Source: Candidatus Sericytochromatia bacterium (GTDB taxonomy: Bacteria > Cyanobacteriota > Sericytochromatia > S15B-MN24 > UBA4093). From it: a stretch of DNA of 64,000 nt. Positions 1-8,800 of the stretch are shown here, in pieces. The DNA is taken from NCBI GenBank assembly GCA_036676985.1, contig JAKFBU010000019.1, positions 21,798 through 85,797 on the forward strand. The letters are read 5' to 3'. The notes below the pieces were generated by a model. That model worked only from the letters and a program-made list of their open reading frames with translations. It was not told where the DNA came from and did no database searches. Numbering within the stretch: position 1 is the stretch's first letter; the number at the start of each line of letters is the position of its first letter. Position numbers and translations under genes: made by a program.

Positions 1-843
1 GTCCAGCAGGTCCGCCGGGCTGTCCTCGGCCATGGCCTCGGTGGCCCCGACGCTCACCGTGATGCAGACGGTCTCGTCGGGGGCGGTGAAGGGGTGCTTG
101 GCGAGCTCCGCGCGCACCCGCTCGGCCTGCAGCACCGCCTCGTCGAGCCGGCGGCCGGGAAGGATGTACAGGAACTCCTCGCCGCCGTAGCGACCGATGA
201 CGTCCTGGCGCCGCGAGGTGTGCCGCAGCACGCTCGCCATCTCCTGGAGGACGCGATCGCCCACCGCATGCCCCCAGCGGTCGTTGATGCCCTTGAAGCG
301 ATCCACGTCGAAGAGCAGCACCGAGAGGGGATGGCCGTGGGCGCGCGCCCCCATGAGGGCCTCCGTGAGGGCGGTGTCGAGAAACCGACGGTTGGGCAGG
401 CCCGTCAGGTGGTCGTGATAGGCGAGCTCCCACAGGCAATCCCGCTCGCGGCGCAGCACGGCCTCGCGCTGGAGGCGGGTGCGCAGCAGATCGAGGCGGG
501 CATGCAGCTCCGCCGGGGTCTCCGGCTGCACCCACACGTCGTCGGCCTCGGTTTGCCGGGTCCGCAGGTAGGCCTCCTCGTAGCTCCGCTCGATGAGCAC
601 GACGGGCACGGGCGGCATGCTGGCGAGGCCCTTGAGGATGCGGCACACCTCGCCGCCGTTGAGGCCGGCGAGCTCGGCATCGGCCAGGATGAGGGCGGGC
701 GGGTTGCGCGTGGCCTGATCCAGGGCGACAAGACCGTTGGTCGCTTTGACCACGCGGTAGCCCGTCCCCGAAAGCTCCGCCGCGATCCACTCGCTGGGGG
801 CCTCCGAGGCATAGATCACTGTGGATTGCGTGGCATCCGTCAT
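1..843 (-). CDS. Response-regulator receiver + GGDEF diguanylate cyclase (PleD/WspR-like), 3' end outside the window
   Basis: Hand translation from ATG 843 (SD GAGGAG): MTDATQSTVIYASE...PPALILADAELAGLNGGEVCRILK (REC) ...YHDHLTGLPNRR...LLFDVDRFKGINDRWGHAVGDRVL...RRQDVIGRYGGEEF (GGDEF with RxxD I-site). Absent from the ORF track because it has no stop in the window. Confidence 0.9.
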   Translation of the reverse strand, partial: MTDATQSTVIYASEAPSEWIAAELSGTGYRVVKATNGLVALDQATRNPPALILADAELAGLNGGEVCRILKGLASMPPVPVVLIERSYEEAYLRTRQTEADDVWVQPETPAELHARLDLLRTRLQREAVLRRERDCLWELAYHDHLTGLPNRRFLDTALTEALMGARAHGHPLSVLLFDVDRFKGINDRWGHAVGDRVLQEMASVLRHTSRRQDVIGRYGGEEFLYILPGRRLDEAVLQAERVRAELAKHPFTAPDETVCITVSVGATEAMAEDSPADLLD

Positions 844-951
844 GATGTCGAGACTCCTCTTCGGCATCGTGCCCCATGGGCGGGCGCCCGTAACGAGGCA
901 AGCGAGCCGCCCGCGCGCGTTTCCGCCCCTCCCGGCCGGCATGCGACACGG

Positions 952-983
952 AAAGGCCCCCTGCTCTTGACGAGCAGGGGGCC
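952..983 (-). terminator. Probable intrinsic terminator after the HARE-HTH gene
   Basis: 12-bp perfect stem GGCCCCCTGCTC/GAGCAGGGGGCC followed by a short T run on the minus strand. Confidence 0.65.
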
Positions 984-1006
984 GAGCAGGTTCCGGGGCT
1001 TGTGGC

Positions 1007-1789
1007 CTAGCGGGCCTTGAGCTTGGCGAGGCGCGCGAGCGACTCGGCGTCGGCGACCTTGGCGCGGGGCTTCAGCTCGACGACCGGGGCCGCCACCTCG
1101 GCGATCGCCGTGCGCTTGGCGCGGGCCTTCTTGGGCGCCGCCGGCTTGGCGACGGCCTTGGGAGCCTTCTTCGCCACCGGCTTGGTGATGGGCACGGGCT
1201 GCTTGGCGACCTTGGCAACCTTGGCGGGCTTGACCGGAGCGACCTTCTCGGCGACCGGCTTCACGACCACCTTGGCCGCGGGCTTCTTGGCGGCCTTCTT
1301 GGCGGCGGCGCGCTTGGCCTTGCGCAGGTCCTTGGGCCACACCTTGAGGCCGTAGGTGCCATCCGCCACCCACTCGAAGGGCGAGTCGGCGTTGCGCTGC
1401 ATGTCGTCGCCCACGCGGGCCCGCAGCGTGTAGGCCGGGGTCTTGCCCTCGGGACGGATGAGGCCGGCGCGGATGGCGCGGCGAGTGATCTCCTGGTAGT
1501 GCAGGGGCTTGCCGGCCAGCGTCAGGACCTTGAGCGCGGCTTCGCGCATGCTCATCGGGTGCTCGAGGATCTTCGAGGCCTTGATCTGCCAGGTGTGCGG
1601 CGCCGTCTGCTCGAAGCTCGAGTTCGGGTTCTGCGAGGCGCGCTTCAGCACCACGCCGATCGAGCGCTCGGGCTGCTTGGATCTCGGGGCGATCAGGCCC
1701 TTTCGGAGCGCACGGGCCACGATCTCGGCCTCCGTAAGCGGCTTGCGGGCTTCAGCCAGAATCAGGTGGGCGGCTTCGAGATAGGTCAT
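1007..1789 (-). CDS. Tandem HARE-HTH (HB1/ASXL/restriction-endonuclease winged helix) protein with a histone-H1-like Lys/Ala/Pro-rich tail
   Basis: Two repeats, MTYLEAAHLILAEARKPLTEAEIVARALRKGLI..SKQPERSI and MSMREAALKVLTLAGKPLHYQEITRRAIRAGLI..GKTPAYTLRARV..PFEWVADGTYGL, then about 115 aa of AAKKAAKKPAAK/PAKVAK-type low complexity. Start taken at ATG 1789, downstream of GAGGG. Confidence 0.8.
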   Translation of the reverse strand: MTYLEAAHLILAEARKPLTEAEIVARALRKGLIAPRSKQPERSIGVVLKRASQNPNSSFEQTAPHTWQIKASKILEHPMSMREAALKVLTLAGKPLHYQEITRRAIRAGLIRPEGKTPAYTLRARVGDDMQRNADSPFEWVADGTYGLKVWPKDLRKAKRAAAKKAAKKPAAKVVVKPVAEKVAPVKPAKVAKVAKQPVPITKPVAKKAPKAVAKPAAPKKARAKRTAIAEVAAPVVELKPRAKVADAESLARLAKLKAR

Positions 1790-1811
1790 TTCATGTCCCT
1801 CTTGTCGGGTC

Positions 1812-2073
1812 GATCTTAAGGGCGATCGATCGTTCAAACGCTTCCTATTCCTATTCTACCCCCAGATCGATCGCCTGTAAGCCCCTTTTGGCAAAGATTT
1901 TCGGCCGATCGGCGCAAACGCAGCGATCATGATCACTTTCGGCCCTCAAAAATTTTCAAATGATCGCCATGCCTGGGTTTGCGCCCCTTCAGTCGATCCG
2001 AACCCTGATCTGCCCTGGATCCGAGCCCCCTCACTCGATCATGGGGCGATCGCCCCGGATCCGCCCTCCGATC
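1812..2073. promoter_or_regulatory. Intergenic GATC array (16 sites) overlapping the predicted promoter of the HARE-HTH gene
   Basis: GATC at 1812, 1824, 1828, 1865, 1869, 1907, 1925, 1931, 1962, 1995, 2007, 2018, 2037, 2048, 2058, 2070. Minus-strand CTTACA(1881-1876)-17bp-TAGAAT(1858-1853). Confidence 0.75.
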
Positions 2074-2117
2074 CCCGTCCAAAATGGCCGGAACCCGCCT
2101 CCCACTTGGGAGTTCGG

Positions 2118-2145
2118 TTGACAAGCAACCCAACAGGGTTACAAT
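2118..2145 (+). promoter_or_regulatory. sigma70-type promoter of the aminotransferase gene
   Basis: TTGACA-16bp-TACAAT. Confidence 0.65.
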
Positions 2146-2210
2146 AACTGGAGGACAGATTGGGCAAGTCGGCGCACGTCGTCTCCACTAGCCCGCGAAA
2201 GGAGATGCCC

Positions 2211-3395
2211 GTGGCGTACTCGCTCGCCTCCCGTACTTCCCGACTACACGGCTCGGCGATCCGCGAGCTGCTCAAGATCACCCAGCAGCCCGAGGTCATC
2301 TCGCTGGCGGGCGGCTTCCCCGCTCCCGAGCTGTTCCCCATCGACGCCCTCCAGAAGGCGAGCGAGACGGTGTTCCGCACGCACGGGCCGTCGGCCCTGC
2401 AGTACGGCCCGACCGAGGGCGTGGGCGCCCTGCGCGCCCGGATCGCGGCGACCCAGCCGTTCCGCGTGCTGCCGGAGCAGGTGCTCGTCACCACAGGCTC
2501 CCAGCAGGGCCTGTTCCTGATCTCCCAGATCATGCTCGACCCAGGCGACTACGTGGTCGTCGAGTCGCCCACCTACCTGGGGGCCCTCCAGACCTTCGAC
2601 GCCCATCAGGCCGAGTACCTGATCGTGGAGTCGGATATTAAGGGCGTCATCCCCGAGTCCCTCGAGGAGGTCCTCGCCAACGCCCCCAAGAAGCCCAAGT
2701 TCATCTACCTGATCCCCAACCACCAGAACCCCTCGGGCCGCACCCTGGACGCGGTGCGCCGGTCGCAGGTGGTCGAGATCGCCGAGCGGCACGACGTGCT
2801 CATCGTCGAGGACGATCCGTACGGCCCGCTGACCTTCATGGGCCACCTGCCGCCGCCCCTGCGCGCGTTCAGCGACACCCACGTGGTCTACCTGGGCTCC
2901 TTCTCCAAGGTCTTCGCGCCCAGCCTGCGCGTCGGCTACGCGATCCCGCCCTCCCGGCTCTTCAAGTACATGGTGCAGCTCAAGCAGACCACCGACCTCC
3001 AGACGGGCAACCTCTGCCAGCTCCTGGCGCTCGAGACCTTCGCGGAGCTCGACTTCGACGCCCACCTGGAGCGCCTGCGCGCGACCTACGGCCACCGCTG
3101 CGAGTCCATGATGGCCGCGCTCGCGGCCCACTTCCCCGCGGGCACCACCTGGACCAACCCGACGGGCGGCATGTTCGTCTGGGTGCAGCTCGACAGCGAC
3201 GTGGACACCCAGCAGCTGCTGGATCGCGCGGTCGAGCACAAGGTGGCCTTCGTGCCGGGCGCTCCCTTCTGCATCGACGGCAAGGGTCAGAACGCGCTGC
3301 GCCTCAACTTCTCGAACGTGGCTCCCGCCATCATCGAGGAGGGCGTCCAGCGCCTCGCAGGCCTGGTCAAGGCGGCCGTCGCCGCCACCGTCTAG
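2211..3395 (+). CDS. PLP-dependent aminotransferase class I/II (LysN/Aro8-like)
   Basis: SAIRELLK, ISLAGGFP, LQYGPTEG, TGSQQGL, HQNPSG, EDDPYG, GSFSKVFAPSLRVG. GTG start 6 nt after AAGGAG. Confidence 0.9.
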   Translation: MAYSLASRTSRLHGSAIRELLKITQQPEVISLAGGFPAPELFPIDALQKASETVFRTHGPSALQYGPTEGVGALRARIAATQPFRVLPEQVLVTTGSQQGLFLISQIMLDPGDYVVVESPTYLGALQTFDAHQAEYLIVESDIKGVIPESLEEVLANAPKKPKFIYLIPNHQNPSGRTLDAVRRSQVVEIAERHDVLIVEDDPYGPLTFMGHLPPPLRAFSDTHVVYLGSFSKVFAPSLRVGYAIPPSRLFKYMVQLKQTTDLQTGNLCQLLALETFAELDFDAHLERLRATYGHRCESMMAALAAHFPAGTTWTNPTGGMFVWVQLDSDVDTQQLLDRAVEHKVAFVPGAPFCIDGKGQNALRLNFSNVAPAIIEEGVQRLAGLVKAAVAATV

Positions 3396-3464
3396 GTTCG
3401 ATCCGACATAGCAGCGGGTAAGGGATTATCAGGTCCCTTGCCCGCTGCTTTACATGGAGATCGC

Positions 3465-5315
3465 GTGACCCGGAGCCTCCCGTTCCTGCCCCTCGGGGCC
3501 GGCCTCGCCGCCGGTCTGCTCTGCCTGGGAGCCGCCCTGGCCCCCGGCGCCTTCTCGAACCTCGAGCTGTCACTCCTCACCTGGCGCATGGAGCGCTTCG
3601 ACGCCCATGCCCCGACCCCCGGGGTGGTCATCGTCGACGTGGACGAGCCCTCCATGGACGCGGTGGGCCAGTGGCCCTGGCCCCGTCGGGTGCACGCGCG
3701 GCTCATCGACCGGCTGCACGCCTGGGGAGCCCGCGCCATCGTCTTCGACATGGTGTTCGCGGACCCCTCGAACGAGGCGGACGATGCCGCACTGGAGGCG
3801 GCCGTGCGACGAGCCGGCAATGTCCTCCTGGCGGGCTATCCGAGCGGCGTTTCCACCATCCAGGGAGGCGCGACCCAGGACGGATGGGTCCTGCCCCTCG
3901 CGCGGTTGGGTGCCGCCCACGGCTCGGCCGGCATGCTGCTCGACTCCGACAAGCACGTGCGGCGCATGCCACCCCGGTTCTGGGGCGCAGAGGCGTCCTT
4001 GGCCTGGGCCACCCTCGATCGCATCGCCCCGGGCCGCGGAGCGGAGCTCGAGCGATCGCTCGGTCCCTCTGCCCTCCTGGCCATGGCGGGACCGCCGGGC
4101 ACCTACCCGACAGTCTCCTACGCCTCGGTGCTGGAGGACGTGCTCGACCCGCGCGTGGACGAGGCCTTCCACCCCGGCAAGGGGGTCACGAGCCACCGCG
4201 AGCTCTTCTCGGGGGCGGTGGTCCTCGTAGGCAGCTCGGCCCCCATCCTGCACGACGTCTTCCCCACGCCCTTCGCGCACGGGGAGCGCCTCATGCCGGG
4301 CGTCGAGCTGCATGCCAACGCCCTCGGCACCCTCCTCGCCGGCCGGGCCCGCCGCGAAGCACCCCTGCCCCTCAACGTCGCCTTGACCTTGCTCTTGCCC
4401 ATGGCCGGCGCCCTCGCCATGGGCCGCGGCAGCCTGCTCTCGGGCAGCCTCGGCAGCGCCGGTCTCGCGACCCTCTACCTGGGCGGCAACCTGCTCTCTT
4501 TCGCGGGCGGCTGGGCCCTGTGGCTCGCCCCGCCTCTGGTGGCCCAGGCCGTCTCGAGCGTCGCCGTGCTCGGAGCCAAGTTCGCCCGCACCGAGCGCGA
4601 GAAGCAGCGCATCCGCTCGACCTTCTCGCGCTACGTGGCCCCCGGCGTGGTGGAGGCCATCCTCAAGCACCCCGAGCGCTACGCCCTCTCGCGATCCGAA
4701 CGGCGGCAGGTCACGATCCTCTTCGCCGACGTCCAGGGCTTCACGTCCCTCTCGGAGCAGCTGCCCGCCGAGCAGGTGGAGCGCCTCCTGAACGGCTACC
4801 TCTCGGGCATGACCCGGGCCATCTTCGCGGCCGCGGGCTCGGTGGACAAGTACATCGGCGACGGCATCATGGCCGTCTGGGGCAACCTCGGGGACCAGAC
4901 GCCCGAGGAGGCCGCCCTCGGCGCGTGCCGGGCGGCCCTCGCCATGCAGCACGAGGCCGATCGGCAGTCGGCGGAGTGGGTCCAGGCGGGCCTGCCGCCC
5001 CTCATCGTGCGCATCGGCCTCCACTCGGGTGAGGCCCTCGTCGGCAACTTCGGCTCCGAGCAGAAGCTGGACTTCACGGTGATCGGAGACGTGGTCAACA
5101 CGGCCTCGCGCCTCGAGGCCCTCAACAAGCCCCTGGATACCCGCATCCTCCTCAGCGGAGCGACCTACGCCCTGGTACAGGCCCACGTGGAGGCCCACCC
5201 CAAGGGCGAGCAGGCCATCCGCGGCAAGTCCGAGTCCCTGGGCGTCCTGGAGCTCACCGGACTGAGGCACACCGTTCCCGCCGCCCTCGCCCCCAAGGAA
5301 AGGAACCTCCCATGA
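3465..5315 (+). CDS. CHASE2-domain membrane class III adenylate cyclase
   Basis: VVIVDVDEPS..WPWPR..HARLI, MPGVELHANAL (CHASE2); three TM helices; VTILFADVQGFT, DKYIGDGIMAVWG, RIGLHSG, DFTVIGDVVNTASRLE. Confidence 0.92.
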   Translation: MTRSLPFLPLGAGLAAGLLCLGAALAPGAFSNLELSLLTWRMERFDAHAPTPGVVIVDVDEPSMDAVGQWPWPRRVHARLIDRLHAWGARAIVFDMVFADPSNEADDAALEAAVRRAGNVLLAGYPSGVSTIQGGATQDGWVLPLARLGAAHGSAGMLLDSDKHVRRMPPRFWGAEASLAWATLDRIAPGRGAELERSLGPSALLAMAGPPGTYPTVSYASVLEDVLDPRVDEAFHPGKGVTSHRELFSGAVVLVGSSAPILHDVFPTPFAHGERLMPGVELHANALGTLLAGRARREAPLPLNVALTLLLPMAGALAMGRGSLLSGSLGSAGLATLYLGGNLLSFAGGWALWLAPPLVAQAVSSVAVLGAKFARTEREKQRIRSTFSRYVAPGVVEAILKHPERYALSRSERRQVTILFADVQGFTSLSEQLPAEQVERLLNGYLSGMTRAIFAAAGSVDKYIGDGIMAVWGNLGDQTPEEAALGACRAALAMQHEADRQSAEWVQAGLPPLIVRIGLHSGEALVGNFGSEQKLDFTVIGDVVNTASRLEALNKPLDTRILLSGATYALVQAHVEAHPKGEQAIRGKSESLGVLELTGLRHTVPAALAPKERNLP

Positions 5316-5893
5316 CGGCTGCTGTTCGACTACTCGCCACCCTGGCCCTCGCCCTGTCCCTGACGGGCCCGGCGCACGCGCAGGCCGCCTCCGGAAAGCT
5401 GATGCGGGCCACCGGACCCGTGACCGTAAACGGCCAGCCCGTGAAGGCGGGGGCGGTCCTGAAGGCGGGCGATCGCCTCGTCACCGGACCCCAGTCGCGG
5501 GCGGACGTGACGCTTTCGGACGGCTCGGCCATCCTCGTCTACGAGGGCAGTACCCTCACGCTCTCGAAGCTGGGCCGGCAGATCCGGCTGAACCTCGCCA
5601 AGGGCAGCGCCCTCAACGCCGTCCACAAGGGCAGCGACTACCGGATGACGAGCCCGTCGGCCATTGCGGCCGTGCGGGGGACGGTCTTCTACCTGAAGAG
5701 CGACAGCAAGCAGAGCAACATCTGCGTGTGCGAGGGCAGCGTCGCGGTGGGCGACCCCACCACCAAGCTGAGCGAGACCTTCACCACCAAGCACCATGAA
5801 GCCTTCGACGTGGGCGGGGGCTCGATCCTGCCCGGGGCCATGGTGGGCCACACGGACCAGGAGGCGGCCGCGCTGCTGAAGCTGCGGCGATAG
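5312..5893 (+). CDS. Secreted FecR-domain protein
   Basis: Signal peptide (AHA-Q), GDRLVTGPQSRADVTLSDGS, SPSAIAAVRGTVF. ATGA overlap with the cyclase stop. Confidence 0.8.
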   Translation: MTAAVRLLATLALALSLTGPAHAQAASGKLMRATGPVTVNGQPVKAGAVLKAGDRLVTGPQSRADVTLSDGSAILVYEGSTLTLSKLGRQIRLNLAKGSALNAVHKGSDYRMTSPSAIAAVRGTVFYLKSDSKQSNICVCEGSVAVGDPTTKLSETFTTKHHEAFDVGGGSILPGAMVGHTDQEAAALLKLRR

Positions 5894-6070
5894 AGTCGCG
5901 CTCGAAACCGCCACGGCGCGAAGCGGGAACTGACCGCTTCGCCCTGCGGCGGCTGGGGGATAAGGCCAGAAACGCCAAAATCTGTCAGCCTTCCGTTCGG
6001 CTCGGCAGGTGCTAGACTTCATGTCCCAACGATCGTCTTGCATCACCATGCCGCCTGGAGACTGCAGCTG

Positions 6071-6739
6071 ATGAGCCTCTTGAAGACGCTGGCCGACAAT
6101 GAGCGGCCGTCCTCCCTGGCCTCTCGACTTCGTCGGCGTCGCCTGGCCCTGTTCCTGGATCTCGTGGCCCCCTTGGCCCGCCCCCTCCGGATCCTCGACG
6201 TGGGAGGCTCGGAGCATTACTGGACCGATATCGGCTTTCAAGGCGAGCCCCAGCTCGAGATCCACCTAGTGAACCTCGAGGCCCCGATCGTCACGCAGCC
6301 CGGCTTCACGGGCCTGGCGGGGGACGCCCGGGACCTCCGTCAGTTCCGGGACCGAGCGTTCGACGTCGTGTACTCCAACTCGGTCATCGAGCACGTGGGC
6401 TCCTTTGACGACCAGCGCCGCATGGCCCGGGAGATCATGCGGGTAGGCACGCGCTACTTCGTCCAGACGCCCAACCGCTACTTCCCCATCGAGCCCCACT
6501 TCTTGTTTCCCGGCTTCCAGTTCCTGCCGACGGCCGTGCAGGCCCGTTTGCACTACACGTTCAAGCTGGGCTGGAACGCCTCGGTCGCCACCTCCCTCGC
6601 CGAGGCCCACGCCAGCGTGAGCGAGACCCGACTGTTGACGGAGCGTCAAGTCTGCTCCCTCTTTCCAGGCGCGACCCTGTATCGGGAGAAGGTCTTCGGC
6701 CTGTGCAAGTCCTTCGTGGCCTACGGTGGCTGGACTTGA
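6071..6739 (+). CDS. Class I SAM-dependent methyltransferase
   Basis: RILDVGGS, GDARDL, FDVVYSNSVIEHVG, VQTPNRYFPIEPHF. Confidence 0.8.
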   Translation: MSLLKTLADNERPSSLASRLRRRRLALFLDLVAPLARPLRILDVGGSEHYWTDIGFQGEPQLEIHLVNLEAPIVTQPGFTGLAGDARDLRQFRDRAFDVVYSNSVIEHVGSFDDQRRMAREIMRVGTRYFVQTPNRYFPIEPHFLFPGFQFLPTAVQARLHYTFKLGWNASVATSLAEAHASVSETRLLTERQVCSLFPGATLYREKVFGLCKSFVAYGGWT

Positions 6740-6770
6740 GACCGGCTCGCAGGCCGGCAAGAGCGCAGAA

Positions 6771-6809
6771 AAGGCGAGCGCCCGGGGAATCCCCGGGCGC
6801 TCGCCCTTC
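6771..6809. terminator. Bidirectional terminator hairpin between convergent genes
   Basis: GGCGAGCGCCCGGGGA/TCCCCGGGCGCTCGCC, flanked by an A run and CTTCT. Confidence 0.7.
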
Positions 6810-6820
6810 TGGTGACGATG

Positions 6821-8800
6821 CTACTTGGCGACGGGCTCGGCGGCTACCGGGGGCAGCGCCTTGGTCTCGACCTCCGTCACGAGGCGGGCGATGACGTCGT
6901 CCACCGAGAGGACCTCCTGGCGGCCGGTGCGCTGACGCACGGCCAGGGTGCCCTGCTCGACTTCCTTCTTACCCACCACGAGCATGTAGGGGACCTTCTG
7001 GACCTGGGCCTCGCGGATGCGGTAGTTGAGACTCTCGTTCCGGCTGTCCAGCTCGACCCGCAGGCCCTTCTCACGCAGGCGATCCACCACCTCGCGGCAG
7101 TAGGGGTCGTTCTCCTCGTTGATGGGGATCACGACCGCCTGCACCGGCGCGAGCCAGAGCGGGAAGTGGCCCGCGTAGTGCTCGATGATGAGCGCCATGA
7201 ACCGCTCGAAGGTGCCCAGGATGGCGCGGTGCACCATGATGGGGCGGTGCTCCTGGCCGTCCGAGCCGCGGTACGTCAGGTCGAAGCGCTCGGGCAGGTT
7301 GGGGTCGCACTGGACCGTGGGCCCCTGCCACTCGCGCCCGATGGCGTCGTAGAACTTGAAGTCGATCTTGGGGCCGTAGAAGGCACCGCCGCCCTCGTCG
7401 ATGTCGTAGGGCATTTGCTTGCGCTCGAGGGCCGTCCGGAGCGCGCCCGTCGCGGCGTCCCAGAACTCGTCCGAGCCGATGGCCTTCTCGGGCTTGGTCG
7501 ACAGGTAGACCTTGGCCTCCAGGCCGAAGATCCGCATGGCGTCCTGGATGAACTCCACGCAGCCCGTGATCTCGTCCGGCAGCTGCTCGAGCGTGCAGAA
7601 GATGTGGGCGTCGTCCATGGTCAGGCCGCGCACGCGGGCCAGCCCGTGCAGGGTGCCCGAGCGCTCGTAGCGGTAGACGTTCGCGATCTCCTGCAGGCGC
7701 AGGGGCAGGTCGCGGTAGCTATGCGGCTTGGACTTGTAGATCATCGAGTGGCCGGGGCAGTTCATCGGCTTGAGGCGGTAGTTGGCGCCCTCGATGTCCA
7801 TGGCCGGGAACATGTTCTCGGCATAGTTGCCCAGGTGGCCCGAGACCTCGAAGAGCGTCTCCTTGACCACGTGCGGGGTGTAGACCTGCTCGTAGCCGCG
7901 CTTCTTGAGCTCGGCGCGCAGCCAGTCCTCGATGACCGAGCGGATGAGCGCACCCTTGGGCAGCCAGAAAATGAGGCCGGGGCCCGTCACCTCGGGGATG
8001 GTGAAGAGCTCGAGCTCCTTGCCCAGCTTGCGGTGGTCGCGCTTGGCGGCCTCCTCGAGGCGCGTCAGGTGCGCCTTGAGGTCGGCTTCCGAGTAGTAGG
8101 CCGTGCCGTAGATGCGGGTGAGCATCTTGTTCTTCTCGTTGCCGCGCCAGTAGGCGCCCGCCGTGTTGAGGAGCTTGAAGTTCTTGATGACGCCCGTGGT
8201 CGGCACGTGCGGGCCGACGCAGAGGTCCGACCAATCGCCCTGGTGGTAGATGGAGATGGTGGCCATGGGATCGGCCGCGAGGATGTCGCGCAGGATCTCG
8301 GCCTTGTAGGGCTCACCCTGCTGCTCGAACTCGGCCATCTTGGCCTGGGACTGATCGGGCGGGACCACCTCGCGCGAGACCTTGATGTCGGCCTGCGAGA
8401 GCTTGCGCATCTCCGCCTCGATCTTCTCGAGGTCCTCGGGGGTGAAGGCCCGCTCGTAGTCGAAGTCGTAGAAGAACCCCTCCGCGGTGACGGGGCCGAT
8501 GGTCACCTTGGCGCCCGGGAAGAGGCGCTGGACGGCGTTGGCCATCAGGTGCGCCGTCGAGTGGCGCAGGATCTCGAGGGCCTCGGGGTCGTCCTGGGTG
8601 ACGATCTCGAACTTGGCATCCTCGGTCAGGGGGCGGAAAAGGTCGACGGTCTTGCCGTCGAGGCGAGCGGCGATCGCCTTCTTGGCGAGGCTGCGGCTGA
8701 TCTGGGCGGCGACGTCGGCTGCCGTCGTGCCCGTGGGGACCTCACGCTTGGACCCATCGGGCATCTCAAGGGCAATCGTGGCGGCGGATTCTACGGCCAT
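6821..8800 (-). CDS. thrS: Threonine--tRNA ligase
   Basis: TGS domain, HSTAHL, DLCVGPHV, RDHRKLG, KPMNCPGH, AFYGPKID, HRAILGTFERF; SD GAGGAGG. Confidence 0.98.
   Translation of the reverse strand: MAVESAATIALEMPDGSKREVPTGTTAADVAAQISRSLAKKAIAARLDGKTVDLFRPLTEDAKFEIVTQDDPEALEILRHSTAHLMANAVQRLFPGAKVTIGPVTAEGFFYDFDYERAFTPEDLEKIEAEMRKLSQADIKVSREVVPPDQSQAKMAEFEQQGEPYKAEILRDILAADPMATISIYHQGDWSDLCVGPHVPTTGVIKNFKLLNTAGAYWRGNEKNKMLTRIYGTAYYSEADLKAHLTRLEEAAKRDHRKLGKELELFTIPEVTGPGLIFWLPKGALIRSVIEDWLRAELKKRGYEQVYTPHVVKETLFEVSGHLGNYAENMFPAMDIEGANYRLKPMNCPGHSMIYKSKPHSYRDLPLRLQEIANVYRYERSGTLHGLARVRGLTMDDAHIFCTLEQLPDEITGCVEFIQDAMRIFGLEAKVYLSTKPEKAIGSDEFWDAATGALRTALERKQMPYDIDEGGGAFYGPKIDFKFYDAIGREWQGPTVQCDPNLPERFDLTYRGSDGQEHRPIMVHRAILGTFERFMALIIEHYAGHFPLWLAPVQAVVIPINEENDPYCREVVDRLREKGLRVELDSRNESLNYRIREAQVQKVPYMLVVGKKEVEQGTLAVRQRTGRQEVLSVDDVIARLVTEVETKALPPVAAEPVAK

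Noticed and set aside
1007-1789. RNA polymerase delta subunit, or a restriction enzyme
   Set aside because: Delta has one HARE-HTH domain and an acidic tail, whereas this protein has two domains and a basic tail. No nuclease motif is present.
1800-2110. GATC array as a replication origin (oriC)
   Set aside because: No DnaA boxes (TTATCCACA-like) were seen, the AT-rich stretch is very short, and there is no dnaA, dnaN or rep gene adjacent. It cannot be fully excluded without a GC-skew analysis.
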